DNA from: Eledone cirrhosa
Lineage: Eukaryota
DNA length: 64,000 bases
Direction: 5' to 3'
Assembly: GCA_964016885.1 (NCBI GenBank)
Contig: OZ024763.1
Coordinates: 22,196,001-22,260,000 of the forward strand
Shown piece by piece: positions 1 to 23,711 of the stretch. The notes under the pieces were generated by a model that worked only from the letters and a program-made list of their open reading frames with translations, searched no databases and was not told where the DNA came from. The position numbers and the translations under genes were made by a program. Position 1 is the stretch's first letter. Each line of letters begins with the position of its first letter.

Positions 1-265
<265 letters not shown>

Positions 266-266
<1 letters not shown>

Positions 267-395
267 AACAGAAGTCCGACAAGCTTTTGATTTCAGAGTT
301 GGGCTCGATTGATATAGATCGAACCTTGAGCTGATCAATTGCGAAACGCGCATCACACCTCAATAAATGTAATGTATCATCTTGTCCATTTTATT
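266..395 (+). mobile_element. pLTR-like fragment (family A) with a degenerate hammerhead motif
   Basis: Homologous to the reverse complement of 45661-45805. Reads CCGACAA(276)-GC...GC-GAAA(343)-CGCGCA-TC, then AATAAA at 362. Flanked by TA. Confidence 0.6.
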
Positions 396-427
396 ATATA
401 TATATATATATATATACGCTTATATAT

Positions 428-1555
428 ATCATCATCATCATCATCATCAACGTTTAACGTCCGTGTTCCACGCTTGCATGGGTTTGGACGGGGGTAGTCC
501 CACTTGAGGCAAGAGTGATTGTCTTGCTCGCATAGGACTGTCTGGCAGGTTTTCTACAGTTGGATGCCCTTCCTAACACCAACCACATTTACAGTGTGGG
601 TCTGGGAGGTTTTTACCGTGTTGCCTACACGGCCACATTACAGCGTGGACTGTGTGTTTTTTTGTCGTGACACCTACACGATCTCATTTGTTTCGGCCTC
701 GATGGCGCGGCACCAACATAACTTTACATAGAACGGGGTGGTGTGGATCGGGTGGGGGTGGGGGTGGTGGGACGGGGTGTATTTTGTTAGAGATGCCTAC
801 TGGCTGGAGTAGGTTTTACTATATATTTAGGTAAGGCGGGTCTTCTCTGTTACTGAGTACCGCCAAAGGTCTCGGTCCAGTGACATTGTCTTGGAGAGGT
901 GTAAGTGTGTGATGTCGGAGTTTATCAGCTCGTCCCAGGTTTTTCTAGGTCTGCCTATTCCGTGACTACCGTCTATCTTTATTGCCCTGCACTTTGTTAT
1001 ACAGCTATCGACTTTCATGCGCATCACGTGTCCATACCAACGTAGCCTTCTCTCGAGTAAACAACATCTGATCCCTCTTATCTCTAATTTTTTCCTTAGT
1101 TCGTTTATGCTTTGCCGTTCACGTATATTACTGTTACACATCCAGCGGAGCATGCAAGCTTCGTTCCTCTCTAGTCTGCGTATATCCTCTGCACACAATG
1201 CCCAGGTCTCACTGCCATGCAGCATTGCTGTTCGTATGCAGGCATCGTACAACCTGCCTTTCATTTTTAGTGAGAACCCTTTAGCAGCTAATAGTGGTAT
1301 AAGCTCTCTGAACTTTTTCCAACCAGTTCTGACTCTAGCTACAGTACTTTCAGAGCACCCTCCCCCACTGCTGATTTTATCGCCCAGGTAACGGAAGCTG
1401 TCCACTATTTCTATAGAACCCTCTGCGCAATTGAAAGAGCTAGTAGTTTGTGGGCACTTGCTGCTACTTATTGCACCAGAGCACCGGCCACATGTAAAAT
1501 CTATGTTCTTAGTTAGCTTACCTGTGATCCCACTACATCTTTTATGCACCCATAC
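428..1555 (-). mobile_element. 5'-truncated RTE-clade LINE (RT C-terminus, 3' UTR, (ATG)n tail)
   Basis: 827-1555 translates to WVHKRCSG...DSFRYLG...LHGSETW...[12 protein letters not shown]...GRPRKTW. (ATC)n at 428-449 on the plus strand is the tail. Confidence 0.93.
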
Positions 1556-2946
<1,391 letters not shown>

Positions 2947-2947
2947 A

Positions 2948-5048
<2,101 letters not shown>

Positions 5049-5659
5049 GGTGGCTGCCAACTCGTTTTCGAGTACGGCCACTACTTTATATCCATGTAGG
5101 AGGACTCCTACCGATGCGCTGAACGAGTGTGACTTTTCAGTCCGGCCAGCGACTTGAAAACTTTGGTACAAACACTACACATGTGACAATTATTGACACA
5201 TAGTGCTGGGCCCATGGTACCATGTGACGACAAGTGCAGAGAGATCTCCAGATATAAAGCAATGCCTGTGCCGTGAAGTTTTTATAGTGAGCAAAGGCAC
5301 TGCACAAAGCCAGTCCCACTCTCTTAACCAAGATGATATTTACCAAAAAGAAGAACAAGTCAACATCATTGGATATCATCAGGGTTGCAGGTGTGATATC
5401 AGAGTTTTCCTTCTCCTAGAATTCTGCCTTGACAAAGGCTAAGGGGTCATCTCTCCCGGTGATTTTGGATGGCCATTGACTCTTAAGAGCTCCTTTGCCC
5501 TTTGACAGGTTTTGTTTTTAGTCCTGCAGGATGTCCAAAGTCACCCTCCTCACCGAGAAACCTTGGTGGGGTTGCCAGTTTAGTCGCCAACGACCCGACC
5601 ATGGGACAGGTTGTACTGGGATACATGTTACCAGTAGCACCAACTGGTGACCTGACATA

Positions 5660-5660
<1 letters not shown>
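5049..5660 (-). mobile_element. Bipartite non-autonomous RTE derivative, copy 1
   Basis: 5' part has RTE 5'UTR-like motifs (TTGGCGACTAAACTGGCAACCCC; TAGGAGAAGGAAAACTCTGA). 5108-5185 encodes a C2H2 finger, [23 protein letters not shown], followed by a short terminus. Confidence 0.7.
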
Positions 5661-10134
<4,474 letters not shown>

Positions 10135-10745
10135 GGTGGCTGCCAACTCGTTTTCGAGTACGGCCACTACTTTATATCCATGTAGGAGAACCCCTACCGA
10201 TGCGCTGAACGAGTGTGAAGTTTTAGTCCACCCAGCGACTTGAAAACTATGGTACAAACACTATACTTGTGACAATTATTGGCACATAGTGCTGGGCCCA
10301 TGGTACCATGTGAGGACAAGTGCAGAGAGATCTCCAGATATAAAGCAATGCCTGTGCCGTTAAGCTTTTATAGTGAGCAAAGGCACTGCACAAAGCCAGT
10401 CCCACTCTCTTAACCAAGATGATATTTACCAAAAGAAGAACAAGTCAACATCATTGGATACCATCAGGGTTGCAGGTGTTATATCAGAGTTTTCCTTCTC
10501 CTAGAATTCTGCCTTGACAAAGGCTAAGGGGTCATCTCTCCCGGTGATTTTGGATGGCCATTGACTCTTAAGAGCTCCTTTGCCCTTTGACAGGTTTTGT
10601 TTTTAGTCCTGCAGGATGTCCAAAGTCACCCACCTCACCAAGAAACCTTGGTGGGGTTGCCAGTTTAGTCGCCAACGACCCGACCATGAGACAGGTTGTA
10701 CTGGGATACATGTTACCAGTAGCACCAACTGGTGACCTGACATAA
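10135..10745 (-). mobile_element. Bipartite non-autonomous RTE derivative, copy 2
   Basis: Near-identical to 5049-5660 with the same ends. Confidence 0.72.
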
Positions 10746-13890
<3,145 letters not shown>

Positions 13891-14045
13891 GAGAGAGATT
13901 TTGAGTTTATGTTGGTTGTAAACCAACACCTCAGTATGCAGGCTGGAGCACTCGACGAAGTGCGCAGGTTGGTTTGGTTACTCCGGAGTAGTGTAAAATA
14001 AAGTTAAATAAAAGTCAAATGATTAAAATTTAGCTTTGTTTATTA

Positions 14046-14098
14046 CTGCTATATATATTTCAGTGACAGCCATCTTTGGCTGTGACCTCTTCAGGCAG
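14046..14098 (-). ncRNA. Type I hammerhead ribozyme motif
   Basis: Reverse complement of 14328-14380. Confidence 0.75.
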
Positions 14099-14327
14099 TT
14101 TGAATTAGTATGGTATAGACAAGTACATATGTTGTTTAGGTGTATGATATTGTCAATACTCTGATATGCCCAGTTCCTTGTTGGGTTGTTAATTCACTGA
14201 GTGAATTGTTGGGTTGTTAATTCACTCAGTGAATTAACAACCTAACAAGGAACTGGGCATATCAGAGTATTGACAATATCATACACCTAAACAACATATG
14301 TACTTGTCTATACCATACTAATTCAAA

Positions 14328-14380
14328 CTGCCTGAAGAGGTCACAGCCAAAGATGGCTGTCACTGAAATATATATAGCAG
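14328..14380 (+). ncRNA. Type I hammerhead ribozyme motif
   Basis: CTGC-CTGAAGA-GGTCACAGCCA/AAGA/TGGCTGTCACT-GAAA-TATATA-TA-GCAG, with AATAAA at 14382. Confidence 0.8.
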
Positions 14381-14482
14381 TAATAAACGAAGCTAAATTT
14401 TAATCATTTGACTTTTATTTAACTTTATATATATATATATATATATATATACATACATACATATATACATATACATATATAT

Positions 14483-14513
<31 letters not shown>

Positions 14514-14931
14514 CATATACATAAATATATATATACATACATATATACATATATATATATACATATTTCGTTTCTGAATTTGTTTAGCAAGATTCTTTAT
14601 CTGAAATCGTGTGTTGAAACCGATATTGTTATACCTTGGGAGGGTCATGTTGCCAATAAGAAACACACGCACCAGCTGCCCTCACTTCAATTTATTATAT
14701 ATTTATAAATTTATAAATTTACAAATCTACAAATTTATAAATGTCTGGTTGGTTGGTTGGTTCCACAACCAGATAGTTGTTTATATATAGTCATAGTCCT
14801 TTCGTCACACACTCTGTGACCTCCTCAGTGACTGGGGATTCCTTTCTTTGTTTCTGTGCCTTTCCTTTCTTCTGTCCTACGCCATTTTGTTTCAAAATGG
14901 CGTAGGACAGAAGAAAGGTATAACAATATAT

Positions 14932-14972
<41 letters not shown>

Positions 14973-14983
14973 CATATATATAT

Positions 14984-15316
14984 GGAGGCACATGGCTTAG
15001 TGGTTAGAGCATTGGCCTTGCAATCGAAAGGTTGTGAGTTCAATTCTCAGACCGGGTGATGTGTTGTTTCCTTGAGCAAGACACTTTATTTCACATTGCT
15101 CCAGTTTACTCAGCTGTAGAAATGAGATGATAGGGACTGGGGTCCATATCATTCCACTGCAAAGTGGTCGTGCAGGTGCCACGGCAAAAAAGCACCCAGC
15201 ACTCACTGTAAATGAGGTTGGTGTTAGGAAGGGCATCCAGCTGTAGAAATCAAGCCAAAATCAGTTCCCGTCCCACCCTTGCAAGCAGGGAAAAAGCGGA
15301 AATGATGAATGATGAT
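14984..15316 (+). mobile_element. tRNA-derived SINE with an RTE-type tail
   Basis: A box TGGCTTAGTGG and B box GAGTTCAATTC; core CCTTGAGCAAGACACTT; GTTAGGAAGGGCATCCAGCTGTAGAAA; tail matches RTE 31531-31588. Confidence 0.9.
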
Positions 15317-15394
15317 ACATATATATATATACATACATATATATATATATATATATACATACATATATATATATATATACATACATATATATAT

Positions 15395-15500
15395 AACGGA
15401 GGAAATGTGGTAAGGAACCAGGTGGACCATAACGCACCAAAGTACTCAATACTTAGGGTAGTAGAGTGGGTAATAGGAACGAGTAGGACCCCGACGGCTA
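15395..15500 (-). mobile_element. Family C pLTR tail fragment
   Basis: Homologous to 24745-24845 and 55211-55312. Confidence 0.7.
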
Positions 15501-16659
15501 ATTCTGGACTAAATGAAAATTTTTATCCTGGTATTTGAATAGCCGAGCTTCTCAATTCCATATATGGTAAAAGTGATTGTCACAAGGATTGGTCAAAAGT
15601 TTGTTGTTGAGACATAATAATTCTATCATGGCAATTTGTGGAGGGAAGGGGTAGCTGAACCCGCCAGTAGGAGAAAGAGGGAGAGGGTGTGGAGGAGACC
15701 CAGTCATGCGTTGATAGTGCCGACTACAGCTGGGCATGAGGTCAAAGAAGATACTAGGGAGGGGGAGGAAGTCGAAACAATAAGTAAAACAATATGGGGT
15801 AAATATATAGAAAAATACCGAGAGTGTTAAAAAGCAATTAAATGTAAAAAAAAAAATAAATAAACAATTTCTGGTTACTACGACCTAAGGACAGCTATCA
15901 AGTCTCTCACTGGTACTGCTAGGCTAAAGGAAGGTTTACTAGGTGGGACGGAATTATAATGAGACCCTTTTAAGAGGTATAAGTAATAAACCGAGTATAT
16001 CTTACGGTGACGGGTCAACAAGTGAGGGGCCAAAATACTAAAGAAACTACCACGAAATAATAAATAAAGGTTTCTACCCCAGGCACAAGGCCAGCAACCA
16101 CCCAGTGCAAAAAAATAAACTAATACGAAATAATAATTCAGAATCCCGAAAAAGAATACTAATACTATCTCTAAGGGTGCCGCCACGATACAAAAATTCT
16201 AGTGCAAACTACATAAATGCTCGTACGAAGTATATGTAAAATTTGATACGGAAAATTAATTCAGAATCCCCCCCCCCCCCCAAATACTGATATACGAGAA
16301 ATTAAAGCAAAGATACCACTAAGAAATATAGAAAGCACGGAAAAGGGGCAGCGATCGGATAGGAAGGCAAGTATCCGGGGTCTAATACATCTGCTATAAA
16401 AAGCGGAGTCAGCCAAATCTATCATAGAATAGGGGAAGCGGTGGGGGTACTGAGGCTACACAGGACCGAGGGGCTGCCTCGGGTGGGCGAGAAAATGAAA
16501 AGGACGACAAAGAAAGAGAGCTGGGGTGGAAGGACTAGGGAGGGATGGGGGGAAGAAGGAAATATAGAGGAAGCGATAAAAAGATATAAAAGAAGATCTT
16601 ACGTCTACCTTTGCAAGCAGGGGTTACCCATTACAAAATCGGCAAGTGGGGTGTTATAG

Positions 16660-17045
16660 CCCTAGTCCTGTGAACCTTTCATATTCCTTCAGTAAGGTGC
16701 CGACTTCCTCGATTTGCGAGGCGCTCGACACCATTACTGTCACGTCGTCGGCGTAGGCCGACGCCGCTTTCCGCAGTCCCGGTTCCAGAGGGATGCCCTG
16801 CAATAGCTCCAGCTTCCGCAGTAGTGGCTCGGGGGTCAATACGTACAGAAGGGAGGAGAGAGGGCATCCCTGTCGAATGGATCGCGTGATATGGAACAGC
16901 TCCGAGAGGTAGCCGTTCACCTTAACCCTTGAGCAGATGTTGCTGTTATGCATTGCAGCAATCCAGCCCCTGAACACAGGTCCAAAGCCTGCCGCCTCGA
17001 GCACCGCATCCAGGTAACGATGGTCAACCCTATCGAAAGCCTTAA
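16660..17045 (-). mobile_element. L1/Tx1-clade reverse transcriptase fragment
   Basis: KAFDRVDH...VKVNG...RSIRQGCPLS...YADDVT...KEYERFTG. Confidence 0.88.
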
Positions 17046-17230
17046 TAGATAGATAGGGAGATAGATTAATAGAGAGAGAGAGCGAGAGAGAGAGAAATAG
17101 ATACAGTGATAGATAGAAAGTCAGGTAGATAGATAGATAGAGGCAGATAGATAGATAGGCAGATAGATAGATAGATAGATAGAGGCAGATAGAAAGGCAG
17201 GTAGATAGATAGATAGATAGATAGAAAGGC

Positions 17231-17261
<31 letters not shown>

Positions 17262-17513
17262 GGCAGATAGAAAGGCAGGTAGATAGATAGATAGATAGAA
17301 AGGCAGGTAGATAGATAGATAGATAGATAGAGGCAGATAGAAAGGCAGGTAGATAGATCGATAGATAGATAGAAAGGCAGGTAGATAGATAGATAGATAG
17401 ATAGAGGCAGATAGAAAGGCAGGTAGATAGATAGATAGATAGAAAGGCAGGTAGATAGATAGATAGATAGAAAGGCAGGTAGATAGATAGATAGAGGCAG
17501 ATAGAAAGGCAGG

Positions 17514-17549
<36 letters not shown>

Positions 17550-17620
17550 GGCAGATAGAAAGGCAGGTAGATAGATAGCGAGGCAGATAGATAGAGTGGC
17601 AGGCAGGTAGGTAGATAGAT
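17046..17620. repeat. (GATA)n/GGCA compound microsatellite
   Basis: Direct reading of the sequence. Confidence 0.95.
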
Positions 17621-17874
17621 AAATGAACAAGAAAGAAAAGAAGGAAAGACGGAAGGAAGGAAGAAGAAAGACGAGAAGGAGAGTTTGTTGGTTGCAATTG
17701 ATACAGAAGTGAAGGCATAAATTGTAGTAACTCTGCTTTTCCTGACATCACGCCAACAACTTGGCATGGGAAATCAATACCAATATATATCATACACACA
17801 CACGTGTGTATGTATATGTGCATGTGTATATATGTGTGTATATATATATATATGTATATGTATGTGTGTGTGTG

Positions 17875-17912
<38 letters not shown>

Positions 17913-18024
17913 GGCGTGTATGTGTATATATATATATATACACAAATGCAATAAACCTGATTCTATATATATACACATTGAGTTTTAACTCTAATCTTCA
18001 TATATACACATGTATATTTATATA

Positions 18025-18077
<53 letters not shown>

Positions 18078-18348
18078 ACGTGTATATATATATATAGAAT
18101 CAGGTTTATCGCATTTGTATATATTTATATATATATATACAAATACACACACACATATATATATATAAATACACACACACATACAAATATATATATATAT
18201 ATATATATACATACACACACTCATATATATTCTATATATCATCATCATTTTAACACATATACAGACTCTCATACACATATACATGCGCACATACGCTCTC
18301 TCATTCATATATACATCTGCATACAAACAGAGACACCCATACACAGAT

Positions 18349-18398
<50 letters not shown>

Positions 18399-18477
18399 AT
18401 ATGTATGAGTGTGTACATATCATCTATGTATGAGTGTGTACATAAAAATATATCTGACCAGAAGTTATATATATATA

Positions 18478-18541
<64 letters not shown>

Positions 18542-18597
18542 CATCATAGACATCTATGTATATGTGTATGTGAACACATATATATCCGAGCAGAAGC

Positions 18598-18628
<31 letters not shown>

Positions 18629-19059
18629 AACACCCGTACACGTATATAAGAGTAACAGCCGTACAAACATACAGACACAAACAGATACACACAGAGAGTC
18701 TCCATAAATCTCTGAATTCCATGAAGGGCTATCAACACATATGCTGTGTTTCCTCCCTCTACTTCATGTCACGGCAGTCCTTCAGGGTAAGATCTGGAAA
18801 TGATAGATGTTGACTGCATAAGAGACAAGACTATAAAACAAAAGTGCAATGGCTATCTATTTCTAGCTAAAGAATAACAGGAGTGAATCTACCGTTAATA
18901 TACGAAGATCGATTGTAAAGTTCATGGCCTGACTATGAAGGAGTGATGCTAGGGCTGTGAAATCTTGCATGCAATAATTTCATTTGTATGAAATATGAAA
19001 TCATCAGTAACAGACTTTCCTGGTGATTTCACCACTTTTTCCTGGGTCTTCCATGGTAT

Positions 19060-19550
19060 TACTCTTCTACACCTTTCCATGTTTGCATGCGTTGGACAAG
19101 TATTCCCCCTCCCCAACATAGCTTCTTTCAACTTGTTGTGCTCTTTTGTCATCTCCTGCGTGAGGTCCAGCATTCTAAGGCCACTTATGAGATTAGCTCT
19201 CACCTCTTTTGCCTAGCCATAGAAAGCTTGCCAAACAAAGGGTTAGGAGGACCTTTTATTTGTGTCAAGGACATGATAACCTCACTAGAGCTGGTGATTT
19301 GTACAATAAAAGCACCCAGTACACTCTATAATGTGGATGGTGTTATGAAGGGCATCTAACCATAGAAAGCTTTCCAAACAAGGGGTTGGGAGAACCCTTT
19401 AGTTGTGTCAAGGACATGACAGCCTCCCTAGTGCTGGTGATTTGTACAATGAAAGCACATTTTGTAATGTGAATGGTGTTAGGATGGGCATCTAGACATA
19501 GAAAGCTTGCCAAACAAGGGGTTGGGAGAATCCTTCAGTTTGTGTCAAAA
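19060..19550. mobile_element. Decayed RTE 3' end (minus) followed by tandem SINE/RTE-UTR-like units
   Basis: LRMLDLTQEMTKEH...TCPTHANME; repeated CATAGAAAGCTTGCCAAACAAGGG; related array at 60530-60920. Confidence 0.55.
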
Positions 19551-20659
19551 GCCACAAGAACTTCTCTTACAGACCTACTCGGCCTCTCTGGGACGTCAGT
19601 GGCCCGGCTTCAGTATTGACTTGGTCTATGTAGACCCATCCAACCCTTGCTAGCAGGGAAAGTTGACGTTAAATGATGATGACGGTCAGCCAAAAAGTTC
19701 CTAGGCAGACAATGAAAGAGCTGTGAAATCTTGCATGTATTAATTTTAACTCTTATTAATAACTGCATTGTTTCTTTCCAGGGACTATGTTGAAAAATAA
19801 ACTTCATTTGGTCATTCGATGAGAGTATCTTGGTCACACTGAATTTTTCAGTCATACAAATCCTCGTACAAATTATCCTCTTATAAGTTTTACATATCCC
19901 TCCCCTCTTGGGGTGGAAACAGAGGTCTTCGGCACTAGGTGTCTGGGGGGTAACTAACCCCTTTACAAATCTGGGGCTTGTTTACTGGAACCATGAAGCA
20001 ACAGTGACTATTATTCACCTATAAATGTTTATGCGCTCTTTACTAGTTGACAAATCATTGTAAAAAAAAAAAAAAAGGAATGTAAAATAAGATATAAAAA
20101 AGGGGGAGGAGGAGAAAGGCAAGGGCTCTAGTGTCACAGAAGAATGGAGAGGGTGGGGGTGATTGGGCTCTGGGCCTAGGTCATGCGGTAATGGGGCTGC
20201 ACCATTTGTGAAGAGGTTAGTTACTCCCTCAGACACCTAGCGCCAATATCTAGGTGTTGAAGACCCCTGTTTCTCACCCCAAGACACGACCACAAAAGCC
20301 TTCCCGCAGACAACAGCCAGCGACCGCCACTGCAACAGCCACCCCATGGTGCCCCTTCCTCAGACAGGCCACTGACGTTCCAATCTTGCAGAGGAGCTTG
20401 GCAGTACGAGGGCCTAAGTATGCCTGAGGTCCCAGGCCAGGATTGAAGCCCAGGCCAGGATTGAACCCCAGACCAGGTTCTCCACCGTCTCTAATACCTC
20501 CTACTAGGCCACCAAATGTCTTCTCGTTAGTCACATATCTCGTCGTTTACTTCCACATCATATAACTGTTTGTTTTCACAGTTAAATTGGATATTGTTAT
20601 TTCATCAAAGGTTATCTCTAATTGGAAGAGGAAAATAAATGGATAGAAAAATATTACTT

Positions 20660-21100
20660 TTGTGGTGTGGTGTGGTGTTGTGTGATGTAGTGTGGTGTGG
20701 TGTTGTGTAGTGTGGTGTGGTGTTGTGTAGTGTGGTGTGGTGCGGTGGAGTGTGGTGTAGAGTGGTGTGGTGTAGTCTGGGGTGGTGTGGTGGAGTCTGG
20801 TGTGGTGTAGTGTAGTGTGGTGTGGTGTAGTGTAGTGTGGTATGGTGCAATCTAATTTAGAGTAATATGATGTAGTACAGTCAGTATAGTGTAATATAGT
20901 ACAGTATAGTATAGTGTAACATAGTATAGTACAGTATAGTATAGAGTAATGTCATATTGTACAGTATGGTATAATGTAGTGTAGTACAGTATAGTATAGT
21001 GTAATATAGTTTTGTACAGTGTGGTACAGTATAGTATAATATAGTATAGTACAGTATAGTATAGTGTAATGTAGTATAGTATGGTGTGGTATAGTGCAAT
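20660..21100. repeat. (TGTGG/TGTAG/TATAG)n pentanucleotide repeats
   Basis: Direct reading of the sequence. Confidence 0.9.
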
Positions 21101-21106
21101 GTAAGT

Positions 21107-21798
21107 GAAGGCCCATGGCTTAAAGGTTAGAGCATTAGGCTTGCAATTGAAAGGTTGTGGGTTCGATTCTCAGTCTGGGTGGTGCGTTGTGTCCTTGAGC
21201 GAGACACTTTATTTCACGATGCTCCAGTTCACTCAGCTGTAGAAATGAGTTGTGATGTCACTAGTACCAAGCTGTATCGGCCATAGCCTTTCCCTTGGAC
21301 ATCATATATAGTATATATATAGTGTGTGTATGTATATATATATCGACAGTCGATCGACAAGATTCCAGACCTCATTCACTTAACGAGTGGGGTGGAGCTC
21401 GTCAAATCGGACAGAGGAAACAATGTTTCCATTGTTTTTTTCAATTGCTAATACTATATTGGTCGCAACTGCAGTCAAAAGCAGCAATGTGAAATAAAGT
21501 GTCTTGCCCAAGGACAAAAACGCATTGCCCTGTCCGGGAATCAAAATCACAACTTCACGATTGTGATTCCAATTCTCTAAGCACTCAGCCACGCGCCTTC
21601 ATATATATATATATATGTTGTTACGTCACTGGTGCCAAGCTGTATCAGTTATTGCCTTTCCCTTGGACATCATCAGTGGCGTGGAGAGGGGAAACCGGTA
21701 TGCATGGGTGACTGCTGGTCTTCCTCAAACAACCTTGCCCGAACTTGTACCTCGGAGGGGAAGTTTCTAGGTGCAAATCGCGACCGAAGGGGGTCTCC
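21107..21798 (+). mobile_element. tRNA-derived SINE interrupted by an antisense SINE (about 21345-21600)
   Basis: tRNA head at 21107-21175; about 48 bp duplicated at 21257-21304 and 21625-21673. Outer body matches 44092-44392; inner element matches 51395-51618. Confidence 0.75.
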
Positions 21799-22106
21799 TA
21801 GTGCAGTGTAATATATAGCATATGTATAGTACAGTACTGTATAGTTTAGTATAATACAGTATAGTATGATGTAGTATAATGTAATATAGTGCGTATTAGC
21901 TCAGCGTAATGTAGTATAGTACAGTACAGTACAGTACAATTTAGTGTAGGATATTTCATCAACCAATGTTAGCAAACAATTCTGCAATAAATAATTAAAT
22001 AATTAATAAATTAATTATAAGTTTAATTTCATTTATTTATCTATCCATTTAGTATTTCTGTTCAACATTTAACAAAAAAAAAGTTATTTTCTTTCCTCTG
22101 TTTTAG

Positions 22107-22150
22107 ATTAGCCTTTTCTAATGACATTAGAAGCTCGGAGTATGATGTTC
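22107..22150 (+). CDS. Candidate 44-nt host exon (LAFSNDIRSSEYDV)
   Basis: Strong polypyrimidine tract ending TTTTAG; donor GTCAGT; only one open frame. Confidence 0.3.
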
Positions 22151-22462
22151 GTCAGTACCACTAATTAATTAGTTTGGTATTTTACTGTCAATGGTTCAAA
22201 ATGTTGTCATTATTAAATATCGGTGAATGACCGAATTGGCAGAGTGTTGTTTAGTATTTAGTTATCACATCATCATCCTCGTTTAACATCCATTTTTCCA
22301 TGCTTGTATGGGTCAAACGGGTCATCTACCTCAAGACACAAGTCTGGCCAGGATTGGCAACGCTGTACCTTGCTGATAAATTTGCCTGGGGTTTTTACAG
22401 CTGGATGCCCTTCCTAACACCAACCATATTTACCATTATATATATATATGTTTTATGTATAA

Positions 22463-23056
22463 CTAGCAGTGGTACCCGGCGTTGCACGGGATAAGGTATT
22501 GTGAAATATATAACCTAAGCTAAGCTTAGTATTGCCACAACCACGGCTGGCAAAGAAGTAAGGGGCTGGTGGTACGTACGTAAGTGAGCAACACTGTGGC
22601 TTAAAACCCGAGGAAGAAGTTGCGTGCACTTACCAACTGTCTGGGGAATGAGTGTGAGATTTGTCTTGAGCAAGGGTGGCAGAATAACGGGAGGCAGCAG
22701 ATAGCCAGGCAAACAGACGGATATTATAAGGGCGCGTTCTGGACGCAGATCGAATTGTAGGAAGTGACGTAATGCAGACACCAGACATACAGACAGATAT
22801 TATAAGGGCGCGACGTTGTATATACTTATCTATCTAAAAAGAGAAAGACTAAGAATTATAGAGAGAAATCACTAAATCGCCTAATGCGGTCCCTACGGCA
22901 TTGAAAATTTGAAATTTCTTTTGCCCAGAACACTCCCTGAAACATAACTATTACATGTGTAAAGTTTGAAAACAGTCGGTTGGGTGGTTCTCTAGTTTTA
23001 GGGATTCAAACTCACACACACACACAGACAGTCATCCTCAGTTTTATGTGTATAGA
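22463..23056 (-). mobile_element. Non-autonomous Helitron
   Basis: Minus strand: A|TC... hairpin CCCGTGCAACGCCGGG ...CTAG|T. Termini resemble those of 38830-40850. Confidence 0.78.
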
Positions 23057-23300
23057 TAATATTAAAAGGGTACAAAGAATCAGTGTTGCATCATATACAT
23101 ATTTAACAACATATTACATATGTTTCATCGAACATTAATCGATCGTTCCTCGAGCTGATCGACAGTGAAACATATGTAATATGTAATTAAATATGTATAT
23201 AATACAATACTGATTCTTTGTTCCTTAATTATTATTATTTCCCCAAGAGCATCGAGTGCTCATCTTGGTATACCCCCTGCAGCCGCAATTAATTTGCACC
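23057..23300. mobile_element. Fold-back of HHR 3' halves (family A-like) with tail
   Basis: Inverted arms 23057-23128 and 23165-23236; GAAA-CATATG-TA; CATCGAGTGC at 23250. Confidence 0.6.
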
Positions 23301-23711
23301 TCTAATACCTATATATATATCATCATCATCATCATCATCTTCATTGTCTATCTTCCATGCTAGCATGGGTTAAACAGGTTTGTCCCACTTGAGGTAAGTA
23401 GGGTTGGGTGACCGTGTCTCGCTCATATAGGACTGTTTCTGGCTGTTTTTCTACACCTGGATGCCTTTCCTAATGCCAACCTCATCAATCATTCATGGGT
23501 TGAATAGACTGACCCTTGTTTAGCTCACCCGGGGCAGATTTTGGCTTGGTTTTTACAGTTGGGTGCTCTTCCTACCGCCAACCACATTTACAGTGGGTGT
23601 TGGTTGCTTTTTGTCGTGTCACCTACACGACCACATTACAGTATGTATATATATATATATTTAAATACACCCCCGTCCCACCACCCACACCTCCATCCAC
23701 ACCACCTCCTC

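Larger units (their letters stand above)
13999..14427. mobile_element. Near-perfect palindrome of about 430 bp made of two inverted HHR-bearing pLTR-like arms (family D)
   Basis: Arms of about 200 bp are reverse complements; the spacer is a short duplication. Confidence 0.85.

Noticed and set aside
5375-5385. CTGATGA (minus) in the bipartite element as an HHR core
   Set aside because: No stem II followed by GAAA and NUH; the second copy reads CTGATGG.
14984-15056. tRNA gene
   Set aside because: A and B boxes continue into a SINE body found in several copies; it is a SINE head.
20274-20534. 86-aa ORF with PGLGFN repeats
   Set aside because: Non-ATG start and no recognisable domain; kept only as part of the inverted-repeat finding.
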